Shown here: positions 1-13,500 of the stretch, in pieces | Position numbering within the stretch: the first letter of the stretch is position 1 | How the letters are laid out: each line of letters opens with the position of its first letter | Assembly: GCA_040954595.2 (NCBI GenBank) | Contig: CM082581.2 | Coordinates: 7,338,059 to 7,402,058, forward strand | Reading direction: 5' to 3' | Length of the DNA: 64,000 nt | From: Balanoglossus misakiensis | Lineage: Eukaryota > Animalia > Hemichordata | The notes under the pieces: generated by a model | Database searches by the model: none | What the model was told of the DNA's origin: nothing | What the model saw: only the letters and a program-made list of their open reading frames with translations | Position numbers and translations under genes: made by a program

Positions 1-3000
1 GATTTGCCAATTAATGAATAATGCACCCGTGACAAGCGGGCCAGCTCCGTGATAAGCCCAAACGTGTGTCGCCTCAACACGACTAATCACCACACGGTTC
101 GCTATATATGAAACTGGCGACCGCTTCCCAGATAGAACAGAATAACCTCGTATAGAATGTCGTGGGGGGGGGGGGAGGTAGTTTAATATAGTGAACACGT
201 TTTCAAAGGTTTGGCGCGTATTGAAAGCCACCGCCACGTTGTCAATCAAGGCGGAGAGTCGAGCTTGAACTGAAAGTTGTGACCCCAATTATTTTAACCA
301 AGAGCGGGTGATTGCAATATGTCAGACGGGGGGGGACGATCTCTCCCCGCGTAATAAACGATCGGTGTAATCCACAGACGTAAAAAGATAAGGGTTGTCA
401 TTGAAGAGACTGAGGACTGTGAAGGCAGTGTATCGGCGGCTGGGTCCCATTATTGATAGACGTTTCCCGGTCCAGTAACCATAACTACATGCTCAAACTG
501 CCCCCAATAAACGCGAACTACGAGCACATCGTGATACAAGCGACTGAACACGTAGTTTACTCGGTCAAACGACCGACTCGCGTGTGCCTAAGTCGCTAAG
601 TCGGCGCAGGAATGACTTGCATGCACGCTGTTCATTCCATTGACCGTCTCTGGTATCGCCCCAGTCCCAGTGAAGAAATTGAAGTATCGTTCTTCCGTCG
701 AACAGACCATTGTAAGCGAAATCATATATTGCAAAATGTAATAAAACATGAAATTGTGCACTTTATGGCGGTTGATCGGAAAATATGCCTACTCCGGGAT
801 ATTAATAGAATTTTATTATTCATAAAAACCCCACCATACCAATTATTTAAGGCCGTATGTTTGAGAGAGATTATTTCCCTCTGATAATGTGATTATTTTA
901 TGTCGATACCGACTGCGCTTCAAGTGTTTACCAGCAGTGTTTGCATAAATGCAAGCCAAAAAATTAAAAATAGATCAAACAAAAAATGAAAGATATAATG
1001 TATGAATTCCAATAAAGCAAACGACGAGATTTAAACAGTTCTTTGAAATGGTTATTTTAGATGTTTGATGCTATAGCGGTACTATGGAATTAGAACGCAT
1101 GCTTTTTGACAAAGTAAAGAACGTCGCTTGGAATTACTGCGGCGAACGGCTGCGAGTTTGTGTATTTTTGCTTTAAGCACCAAAGACAACGGTCCATACG
1201 TGTTAGAGTTTATAAAAAAACTAATCTCAATATTCAAAGAGTACATTTTCCCAGAATCAGAAAATACTAAGCTATGGAGTCACTCTCGGAATGAGGACAC
1301 TGGAAATTGTTGTACGGTATGTTCCGTTCATTGGTGGGTGCAATTATCAACAGTACACGTTTTTTTCAGAACATCGCGCTTCTGGATTAATTTCACCGAG
1401 AACTACCGACAACTTCTTGTGTGCTGGCAAACCTATCATTTCCGGCAACTTGAGCGCGTGACGCGTACAGGAAGCCATTGAAGGATTGGATTTGACGCGT
1501 ACTTGTGAATACTCATCGAACTTGAAGGGTTTTAGACGTGGCCTCGATTCGGCGATTTTTTGCCAGAACGGTTTGTGTCGTACATGTAGGACTCTGAGGA
1601 GGTTTTCCGCCTCAATTTCCAAAGAAACCACAGGGAATTATTCAGGGAAAGTAAAGAAATACTAACATGATAGAAACTGCACTCGCTGCATTTATACAAG
1701 ATTTTACATGTATACATTCGCACTGTGGGTAAATCATGATCTCGGGGCATGTAATCTAGCTGTGTGTCCCATTATCACCCAAACGACAGAATTTGAAACG
1801 TTTTGCATGGAAAATTGCCCGTGGAAAGTACAGGTGACCCCAGAACCAAGAGACCGGCAAAAATGGCGGAGGAAACTTTAAGGAGAACGTACTTTACTTT
1901 TCTTTGCTTGAAAGGGAGCAGACACAATGCGCCAGCGCTGCCTTTGAATACATATGTACCCTGAATGTACACGGTGATATCAGTCGAACAGTGTTTCTTC
2001 GGTTCACTTTTGGCCTTTACTAGTTAAGCTGGGGGGAAAACCAATTTCCACACCGACAGACTCGATTTCAGGATCCTAACAGGCAAATAAAAGTGTGAGT
2101 AGGCCGCGCAGACAGCGCGAGGCGCAAAAAAAATGTAAAGGTCGAGCGAAGTTTCCCCTTGCATCTGATTCTGAATCGAAGTTTCAGATGACTTCACGGG
2201 AGAAGTGAGCACTCAACACGGCCGCGACCTTACATCTTTGTTGGCAATTGCCGCTGTCATCTCTCACACAGATAACATTAGCGTTGAAACAAAGCGACAA
2301 AGCGACTTTGTAAGTATTGAGCGAAAACAAATTAAACACTTTGCCAGCGATAGCACTTTCTAACCACCCCATTTTAACCTTACGAAGTGATATCCGCATT
2401 CAAAATGTCCATTCTCAATGATTTCACTATCCTCATGGCTATTTTAAAATACAGTAAAAGTCTGTTACACAGCGCCGTGGAACAAAAATGAAAAATGTAT
2501 TAACTCGGATATCAAATGTACCCAAAAGGGCACGAAACACCATAAGCATTTTGATTTTCACGTCGCGGTCTATCTTGCAGGTGCACGGCTGGATTTCTGT
2601 ATGTAAATAAATCATAAAAATCCTCCCGTTGATAATGTGATTCTGGGGAGGAAGTCTAGATTTGATTTCTGGTCATAAATTGAGTTTACATGATTTATGG
2701 GGAAGTGATAGATTTTTTTTCGACGTTATATACCACTGTTTTGCAAGACGTGACGGATATCTAAAAGTGGGATTTCAAATTCGATCCCTCGTCGTACTGT
2801 TGAACGACAAACAAGTATTGCTATTGATTGCTTTTAATATACGTTTTATGAAACGCTTGCAGAAAATCGCTAATGAGACAATCAGATGTTGATTTTTACG
2901 TCTTACGTAATATGTGACTACCCATCTTTGGCAATTATTACCAATTTGCATTGGAATGTCTCAAACGCGTACGTGTAAATGAACAAGGCCAATTTAAAAT

Positions 3001-3266
3001 CACAGCTTGGGACATGGCTATCCTGATCCATACTCTTCTGAATCTAGTACAGGGATGAATCACATTTGCGTGGAAATTCGGTTGAGATACGATCCAATAC
3101 GGTCGGGTGATGCCAATTTTGTTATACTATTTCCCCTGCCCCAAACCACAAACTAGCATACAGTCTCCAAGATGAGTTTATAATCCTATCCAGGGCCATT
3201 GTTTAGATTCTAAGCCAATTCACTAAATTAGTAAAAGAACCGTAACTGTTGAAGTGTACTGCGTGT

Positions 3267-3939
3267 TGTTACGGCACGCTGGCCGTTCAGCTCCGAAACA
3301 GGGCAGTGATCTAAAATAGACTTACTGAATGGCTCGCTTTGGTGAACCAACCAGCGCAGCACGCAACAAAGACGGTCAACAATAGGCACACCACACGTTA
3401 TTTCCTTGCTTATGGAAACTGTTAATTACTACAACTAAACATTGGTAATTACAAAAAGATTGTACACTGGGAAGAAAACACACAAAAATAAATGACTACC
3501 TTAAATGTGACCAGGTGTGGGAAATGAAAGTCCCCGGTTCTGTAGCGCACGACGAACGCGACCAGCACCACGGCAGTCCCAGCACCACGGCAGTCCCAAC
3601 AGCGACGTTCAGTCCCCAACAACGACGTTCAGTCCGAGTAGCGTCCTGGCACAATTCCCCGGTAGACGACACCGCTTTCAGACGAATTCCCCCATGAGGT
3701 AGCACGACTTCTGGGCGCGGTTTCCAGACCAGGGCAGCATGAAACATGAAACAAGGCACAGCTTCCAAGCCGGCGAGGAACAGAACAGCTCACACGGGCA
3801 AGTCCAAATTAGTAGCTACGCCGCAACACAATGGGGAAAATAATGAATGCAACACACCTGGTCACGCAAAATTCAAATTACGAAAGAAAGCGAAAACACA
3901 CCTGGTCACAAAACAAGAGCAAACTTTTCCTACGTAACA
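3267..3939. mobile_element. Solo LTR (673 bp), probably Ty3/Gypsy-type
   Basis: Begins TGTTACG (3267-3273) and ends CGTAACA (3933-3939), a perfect 7-bp terminal inverted repeat with TG...CA ends. Flanked by identical GTGT (3263-3266 and 3940-3943), a 4-bp target-site duplication. Has internal short tandem duplications and no gag/pol. Confidence 0.85.
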
Positions 3940-6900
3940 GTGTTGAGTGACGTGATCCAACGCAGTTGTCACGTCTCAACACGTTTGTAAGTAGCCGGTG
4001 TCAACTAAGCTAAAGCTTTTTATTGGAAGCCAGTGCTTAGTAAAACGTTTTTCCCTCAACGTGGCACAATGACAAAATTGTTACCGAGAGTTTACTCGAT
4101 ATGCTATTTCACACTCTAATTGACGGCGCTCCAAGAAGTGTCTGAGTTATTAATGATGATTTGTTCTGTGGCAAAATAAACAACACGTCGACCGATCTGT
4201 GTGTCACCGCCGGGGATTCACGTCGACAGTCCAATTTGACATGAAACAGCCGCGGCGACACCAACCACCAATTATTACTTGAATATGATCCCTACTTGGG
4301 TAAAACCAGTATACATGTACCACTGCCTCGGGGGTGGGGCAGTCTTTGCAGACATACATGCTGGTTACAGTTTAACCGTGACCCTGACAGACACACGCTG
4401 AGCACAGTGGCGATTTGGTGGATGTTCCCCCGGGGCATGTGGACAGACTGACACCGACTTTGACAAGGCGTGTAGGCCCTCGGGCAATATCAGGCTCTTT
4501 GCTAAATACACTGACCAATTTCACCTCAAAGTATTCCACTAACTCCGTTTATTTTCCCCCGCCGACAGTATGCCACTGGGATTAATGAACGTGGGTCTTT
4601 ATCGTATTTTATAATTTGTTCTCTCTGTCGGTGGCAATCACTTCAGGGGACGCAACAAATGACGCAATGGTATTAACATGAAAAACGTAGTTTGGCGATG
4701 CTCTCTCCGATGGAAATGAAAACTCGCGCGCGTCGAGGCACTTTCGCTTCCTCTTACTGGGCATGCGCGGGATCAGGTAACACACAAAATTGAGGAACTG
4801 TACCGCGGTCACCTCCTAGCATAAGGTGATTGACAACAGTCCACCATTGATTAGATTCTAGTGCGATTTGCCGTCATCGCGAATTTGAAATTTCCCCCCG
4901 TATCCTCAGACTCGCAGCTAATTGTTCCGTTTCGCCTTTGATTCAATTTATGCGCGAAGAGGAGCGCATTCAAAACCGGCCCATCAAACAGTTCGGCAAC
5001 CGCCGCCGCTGCAGAAAAGTGGCACATAAGTGACGCGGCTGACGTTTCCAATCTATTTGGCTAACCGTAATACAATCTTAACCTCATAAAAAATGGGGTA
5101 GCCTGTCAATGCACCTTCAAAATCATTATCGCTGCCGTCAATTGAGCGTCACTCACTAAAATGCCCCATCCGACGTTCACCGGAGAAATTTATAGACACA
5201 TCAATGGACGCTTTCAAGTAGAGGCGGGCTTGCCATCGACTGGCGTCGTAACGAGCATCTTTACTCTTTTACGGCATTCATTGGGCGGACGCCAACATCA
5301 CTAAACTCTTTGTGCTCAATCAAGTAAAAAACTACTTCCAGAATGTTTTTTGTAAATTGCACATCATAGAATTTAACCCTGTTATGACTAATTCTGGATA
5401 ACATAATTGCGATCACCCCATCCATATGTCAAAGATCATAGGTCAAATATCACATTAACATGGCAAGTTGCAAAGAAATACATGTATGTAATAAATTACC
5501 GCGCAGACATGCAACACAGAAAAATAACATAAGAAAAATTTATGGACCACTACTAGCAAAAATGCTAACTTAAGACGTGATGTCAGTTGTTTCGAAAATA
5601 GTAAGGGAACCCTGCCCGAGTGCGGCACCAGCCATTATACCAATCGGGAGTTAGTGTACTTTTCAAGCAGAGTTCAGTGGACCTCCACACCTTTCAAAAA
5701 AATCAAAGCATCACTGTAACCAATCCACCATTAAATCCTTCGCTAAGAGGGCGGGAATTACTCGGAACTCGTGGCTGACAGCATTTCAGTTTATATACTG
5801 TTGCATTTTTTCCAAGGCTATTAGGTCTAAAGGTGATGGCGGATTTTGTCGCGCGGGGATCATTGGATGTCAATTCCTGTAAGCGGAAACATCAGAGTCT
5901 AATCCGGTCATTAACGTCAAACACATTCGCCTAGACGTCCCCGTATGGGGAGTGTACAACTGCTCGCTCCGTTGCATGTATGATGCCGTGTTTTGTGATG
6001 CTGCGCTGAGGCGTGTTTTGATTCTGTCGACGTTTGGAATTGAAATTCGTAACAGTTGTCGTTTCAAGGAGTGTCAACCCACATTCAGCATTTTCCAAAG
6101 TCTTGTTTGTAAGTTTAAACCTGTAGAAGACGGACAGACAGACGGACGATGAAAGGGAACAGGCAACCCTGACGTCATTTGAATATGGCCCGCGGACTAT
6201 TATTGTTATTAAACGTTTTCAGACTTTATGCCCATAGCAGTGAAACATATCTTGCAAAACTCGGTATTATTAATTGCATGTTATCAGTTGGCCATGAAAA
6301 CCTTGGAGAACTATTAGTTTAATTTAAAAATAAGCGTTTGCATATCCTTTATAAACTGACTTGTTGCGAATCATTTAGTAGTTCCACGCCTTTACGTGAA
6401 ATGAGAATTTTGATTTAAAAACATAATTTTGACATTATCAGAGGAGATTGGTGCGCGAGAGTAAGACGAATATGACAACACAATTGATTTTGCTTTTCAG
6501 AGAATATCACTTGACTTTGGAAAATAAGTGCGACATGGAATAACGACCTTTATAATCGTGTTCCGCGAAATTTCCTGTTGTTGAATTCGATAACGGATCG
6601 TTTTATAGTGATTGCGTGCTGTAACACTCAGAGGCCAATTTGCGTTAATGTTTCCAGTTTTCACGCAACGCAGAATTGTCGACCGGATCCCCCCCCCCCC
6701 CGTTGGTGTCACGTGATGGTCATCACTAGAATTCAGCCATCCTACCAAAAGTGAGAACAAGGCTGAGCCTGGAAGAGACTGATAATTGTGTCAGTCATCG
6801 TGACTGCTTAACAAAAAATGGCGGCATCATCAAAAGGGAGAAACGATATCCGTTGCGAACGGACGTGCGTGCAGATCGACCGCTAAGCCGATTTTCGAAG

Positions 6901-7521
6901 AATAGGCCTACCCATCGTTGTGATATGCATGAAGTATTGACAGCTATAGAGGAGACTGGACGCTGACAATTAGAATTCATGCGACATGGAATCGTTAAAT
7001 AACTCGCCTTATAAATTTCTCCTTTCTGCACCTGTCCCCCAAAACAGAGCAAAAGGTAAATAATCCAAATTGTTAAATCCAAACTATTCAGGTTAAAGGT
7101 TAGCCAACGTATGTTAAAGTGGCAGTGGACAAAACTATGGGCAAATGTGGGAGGGGTGTTTGCGATTTCGAAAATTGATGACATCAGTTGGTTTCACGAT
7201 ATCACGATTCACGATTCTGAATATCCCTATATTTCCCAGTTTCCTCTTCGTCCCCCGGCTACTCAGCTGAAGGATGCCAAACAACCAGCTAATTAAGCAA
7301 CCTCGGTGCGTTTGTGTGGGTCGTGTATAAGGGCTTTCATATTTGAGATTATCCAGGTACCTTTTACGTGTACATCATGATCAGCGGCAATTCACTTCTC
7401 GACCCGGACACAGTAGCCAGCTTTTGGTGTTATGATCGATATCCAAATTCTCTAAGTTCTTGCTTTAAAAAAATAATACTGGCGCGAGGTTACAGGAATG
7501 ATAAAAATTTGCCTGGGAATT

Positions 7522-7574
7522 GGTAGGTGGGTAGGTGGGTGGGTGGGTGGTTAATAGATAGATGGATGGACGGG
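7522..7574. repeat. Compound (GGTA/GGTG/GATA/GATG)n simple repeat
   Basis: ggtaggtgggtaggtgggtgggtgggtgg...atagatagatggatggacggg read directly. Confidence 0.8.
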
Positions 7575-10500
7575 CGCACGTGAATGGACGGATTTCTTCG
7601 GGCAGGATGAGTTGATGGGAAATGGAGAAAGTACGGGTGGTGACTAAGACTTAGCAAACAGAAAAACCAGACAGAGATGGACTTTGGTTTCACGACCTCT
7701 TACGCAGTATAGATACTGTGAGCAGTAAAATCAGAAACCCCGTCGAAAAAAACATTTTAGAGGTTGGACTAAAAATGGACATAAAAATGGCCCATTTAAA
7801 CGCGCGTACCGCCTTCGACCTTCGGGGTGTTTTTCTCCGCGAAGCCGTCGAATCAGTGGGGCTTTTCAGAATATCTTCACATTTCTACTAACGTTGTGTG
7901 TAGACAGAGATGTTATTACTGCGTTATTGCCTCGCACGAATGAAGTTTTCGATCAACGCCTGAGGACACATTAGTCGATTCATGGAAATAAAAAATATCC
8001 ATGATAGTCGTTTCCCCTCGCGGGTTGAAATACAAACAGTAGTAAAAGAAATCGTCCTATAAACCGAGAATATCTCAGCGCTAGCAGCTTAGCAACCGTC
8101 ATCCACCAAGTAACATGATAATAGACTGTTAATACAAGTGAGAACTCGACGAGCCACTCCTCTGTCTTAACAGGAAATTACTCGCAAATGAACGACAAGA
8201 GTGGAGATCATGACGAATATTGACCGGGTTTTAATTTTCCGTCCTCGAAACCGACAATGTGAATGTGTAAAATAAACCAGGAAACATCAGTATTCGGAGC
8301 GGCGCAAAGTGCTTCGTTCCAAAACCAAACGGACCGGGCTAGTTGACGAAGGCGGTGGGCAAGATAGAAAATGTGTCACTGGATTTTAAAGCAGTGATAG
8401 GTTCATTTTTGCATGGTTTTCCCCTCCCTTACACTAACTTTATGCGCTTCCTTCAACATACTCCTTTTAAGAATATAGGATATATGCCAATATGCATAAG
8501 TGTCGCAAAACGTAAGTCGGCCACCATGCCACCGACCAATTAATGTATACCTATTACTGAATTCTAGTTCAAAGTATATCCGACTCAGTGAAATGAACCA
8601 GGGTATATATTCGTAGAAGCAGCTTGATTATCGTATATGCCAGGTCCAAAACATGACTATTAGCGGCAAAGTATTAGCAAGCTCCCCCGCTTCTCAAGTA
8701 AACCAAGCGTGGCCTATAGGGCAGAATTATTGCCTTGTTGCCGGCTTGTGCTAATGGACACGATCATATTTGGCCTGGCGTAGGTAGAGCTTACCTCTCG
8801 AATATAAGCATTCGCAAATTGGGACATACAGCTCTCTGTTTTCTGGCGAACAACAAAATAGCACCCAAAGCTAAAGAAAATAATGGTACAGATATAAAGC
8901 ATTCATGCGCACACAGCCTTGACCGTGGCCTCTGCAGAAGGAGCGTACGATGCCCACTCCTTTACAGCCCTTATGACCACATTTACCTTCGCTGCATGCA
9001 GCAGCGTTCCAATGTCGATTGATCTACTCGCGGAATTCTCCAGGAATAGCAGAAGGCATTTTTGACACCGCGAGTGTTATTAAGTCAAACTCTGAGGTAT
9101 GTTTGCTATGGATAGGTCTGCCACTGCTACCAGTATACACGGCTCTTCTTAAATTGACACTTATTTTGACGTTTTCGTGGTTGACATTACATAAGGATAT
9201 ATATGAAATATGGTTGCATTCTATTTTTTATGCGATATCAAATCAATGATAGGGTGGATGCACTTGATGGGCATTTTGTTTTTGTACATATCCGTGTATA
9301 TATACATGTATGTACTTAACGAAATTGTCAATAGCAATTAGAGCACCAAGGTTTGTTTGTGTCTGACGTCAATTACTTCCCGTTTGGAACACGCGAGATA
9401 CTCACATGCCCCTCAGTCGTTCGAATTCGTGAAGCGAACAATCATTTTGCACCTTTCACCTATTTTTTTTCATAAGTATGAGATGATTGCCACCCGTAGC
9501 CCTTGGTTTTGTGACGTGTGCAGTGACGTCAACAGGGCCCGCATTCGACAGACTTAAAGAGGGAACTTGGGAACAATGTTTTGAAGAAGCTAAGCCCGAT
9601 AATTGGGAGCATGGATAATAAAAGGAGGGTGTTTTCATTGTAACGCTACCTGAGGTGTATGTTCACCTTTCTGAAATGCCATATCTATTATCTTTCCTTG
9701 ACTGTGAACATATATGTATCTCGCCTATAAATGTTATGTACTTTTCTCGCCTATGCCAATCTTTTATTGGTGTTGATACGCAATCTTTTCGTTACCAGAC
9801 GTGAAAACCGGGGACAGGTTATTTCAATTGCCACAGACAATTGCAGACGTGCTCAGCACGTGTGATCACTTTTTTCATTAAATACTCACGCGTGTCTATT
9901 TAACCAGGAGAATAACTCTAACCACTGAAGCTGGCTGCATCATATTATCGCCCATACTTCAATATCGATGGAAATACATCCACGCAGGAATATTCAGTCG
10001 CCTCGCCTGTGATAGAGTTTTTGTTGTACGAAGCTAGGGACCGTTTAGCTGTAATTGACACGAGATGGCAGATTGCAGCCAAATGACGTAATTGCAAATT
10101 GGCAGTTTCATATGTTAAACGTGATATGAAAACACAATTTGTATAAGGCAGGCAATCGGCGTTGTCATTGATATTATTGAATAGTATGGATGATATTAAT
10201 GAAACAGTTCAGTAACACCTTAATATTCAAGTAAACTTTTAGGGTGATTGTTTTGCGCGCGTGTGTGTACTTGTGTATGTAATATGCACTAACTTCGTTT
10301 CAAGTGAATCTGTGCGAGGAAAATAATTCCGCACCCAGACAGTGTTGGAAATAAGACAGCATTCATAGTGTACCGATCTTTTCATAAGTTTCTCATCGCT
10401 AAATAAGCTTCAGATTAACGTTTTGTTGCGGAATGAAATAAACACTGACGACGCGGACAATGCTGAACTGAACTGAAATGTGAGGCATAATTTAAATTTG

Positions 10501-13500
10501 ATAACGAGGATGCACTTCTGGCGATTTCAAGATTCTGGAAGCGATTACAATCAAATAAAGGTGGCACGCGATCATACGGTATTGTATTACTAAACGCGTG
10601 CTCGTGTGTATGTTTTAATCGGGTTGATCGGTCGGTCTTCTAGTCGTAGTCGCCACTTCGTTAACACCTTGGCTTGTTTTGATATTGCAATTGATCAATT
10701 GCCTATATGCAAAATGAGAATTGGATAAAAGGGGTCAGGCTGTTCCGAATATGTCGATTGATATTTTCACGTGAATGTAATCGCATGGTCTCCTCTCTGT
10801 CATTGTTCAGTTCCCACTAATTAAGGGCGCGTGCATATCTTTCCCGGAAGTCACCGGGCATCACCGGATTGATATTTCCAAAGGCAACCGATCGCGCACT
10901 GATCGCGGCTTGGGAGTATTCAATCTCTCCCCTACAGTATATACATGTACATATGCCACGTTGTTATCAAGACGATGAGAATAATTTCATCGTTTCTTCA
11001 TCGGTGATGATTTTTATAGAGTGACGCGTGCCCTCTAATCTGATAAAGGTCTCGGGGAGGGGTCAGAGAGTTAACGCAAGTTGTAATAACCCGTCAGAAT
11101 TAGATCCCGGATTGATTTCTGCTCATGTTCTTCCGTGAACAAAAAGCACGGGGGCATGCTCGAGTTAGAATGTGATACGTATCTACATATCTGCCAACAT
11201 TTAACTTCCCCCATCTCGTTTTTATTAGTAGCGAGAGCGGCGGTTCACGTGGTCACACACGTTTCGTGACTTGGAAAACTAATTTTGTCGAGTTGGTTAC
11301 CCCTCACCCCGACCGACATTAACGCTTTGTGCCTTTGCAACATCACGGCGTATCCATTACCAAAATTAAATACTGTATACACACAGGAAGGTACAGATGT
11401 AAGTAGGTATCTAAGTTTCAAAGTCTGATTAGTTTTAGAAGCTCTTCTATAGTAAATTAGGGCGACGAAAACGGAATAACATAACCTCGTCCAAGGAGAG
11501 AGAGAGCGACATACACTAAACACATGACGAAAAGATTCATTGCCATTCTTCAGAGATCCGGTTGGGGGGGGGGGGCGTACACATTGAGTTTTATATACAC
11601 ATAGTCGTTCATTCGGAAATAACGCACTCTCTCATGTTTCTTCCAATAAAGACCAATGGAAACTGGATCGATATTATTTGCGTGAGAGAACTTGCTGTTA
11701 CCCTCGGGAGAAAGTCCTTCATGCGGTAATCACCGTGTGATTCTTTAACTATGAAGGACCGCCACAAATAAAAAACTCTTTCTATTTGAGAACATTCAAT
11801 ATTGAACAATAAAGCTGAATCATTTGTTGGTTGCGTGGATACAAATAATGGTGGAATTTGATCAGTTATCAAGTGCACGTGAAGTGAGAAACACATATTT
11901 GTTCAATCTCCTATATAGAACACTTTCGTTTTCTTAAAAGGCACGCGTAAAATACATACACTTGTAAGCCGCCCGATACCTTTTTTTTATAAAAGAAACG
12001 GTGGACTAAAAATGTGTCTAACAATGATATTCACTTGCACCAACTGGGTGTACTAGTCTGGACAGGATGAATAATATTACACGGTTTACCACCCGATATG
12101 TTATTAACGTTGATGCTCTAATATTTGTACATTTGGATTAATTTTGGGGAAAAGATACAGAGCACACAACAAGTAATCGGTGACAAACAAGACACCAAAC
12201 GCATGCGCAAGCTCCTAAGTCGGAGATTTAAGTTTTCATCGGAACACAAATCCCTCAACAGAAGGAAACTCACACGGAATGACGTCATAGACTTGTGTTG
12301 GGCAGGGTGTTTCATATTCATTAACTCAAAGGCGTGATTAAAAGTAATTGCTAAACTCTACAATAAAGTCAATCACCCGTACATGGCCGCGTCAACAATT
12401 CATCATACAGCATTAAGACATTTCGTAACAAATATAATTTGTTCGGGTCAAACGAGCGAAGCATTTCGGTGGCCTAGATGATAAGTTTAATCAGACACTT
12501 CTCACGCAATGATGCTGTAAAAGCAGCCTTCTGAATGACAAAATGGCGCCGACGCAAATCTCATACTTCTAATTTGGCAAATATTTACCTTTGTCGGAAG
12601 AAGTTCAGTGAGAAAAGAGATTAAACGGATTCTCGTTTCAAAGTGAGCGTTTTCTTGAACTTGGGACGCCATGCTGTCGACGTACGTGATGAACCCCCCA
12701 TTGCTGGAATACATCCATTTACACTTTTCGCATCCATTCCATAATCGGGATGTGATTGATGCCGTTTTTCTCCCTCTCATTAATTCAATCTAGTCGATAT
12801 GTTTTTTTCTGTCGTTTATACCTCGCCATTGGGTCGACTGCTGCCTCGGCCCTGATCGTTTGTTAAATTTCACAGGTCTTTCACAGGGCAGAGTCGATGA
12901 TTAAGTGAAATGGCTCCGGGGCAAAATGTCGACTTGTTCAATAAAAGGCGATATTAAGGGAAGGTCGAGGAGAGAAGCGCGGCTCGATTTGCCGACGAAG
13001 AGAAAACAATGAAAGGAATATACAACTGAATTGAATGAACTAAATGGCAACATATTGCTTTGCTAAGTTATTTGCAGTGAGAACACATCGATGATTACAC
13101 CGGGATGCCTTTTATCCATGCGGTGTTAAACTCACAAACTGCCGTAGAGCCGGATCGATGAACATCTGCTATCGAGAATAACAAGAGTATACCAAATAGC
13201 TCCTAAAACTTGTCCAGCTTTTACGCGATCGATATTGTCTACAAACCGGCAGCTTTCAAGCAGATATGCTTTCTATTCTTGCATTTCTCTTGAAAACTAT
13301 TTTTTTTTAATTCACTTTAGAAAATAAACCATGGTGACTTAACGGTTTGAAATTCTATTCTTTCACTATTTACGAACGCGCAGTCTACTGTAGTCTTTTA
13401 ATCATATAGGGATTCAAAAATTGCTGAATAATTTGCAGACATTTTTGACATTTTTGCCCCAATATAACACGGTTTCGGATTTGTCATGCGACTGTTATCG

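Noticed and set aside
1347-1631. 94-aa minus-strand ORF inside the intron
   Set aside because: Non-ATG start, no recognisable domain and no convincing splice context; length compatible with chance.
4330-4510. Possible SINE body fragment (...gttcccccgggg...gtgtaggccc...)
   Set aside because: No A/B boxes, tail or TSD visible; resemblance too vague.
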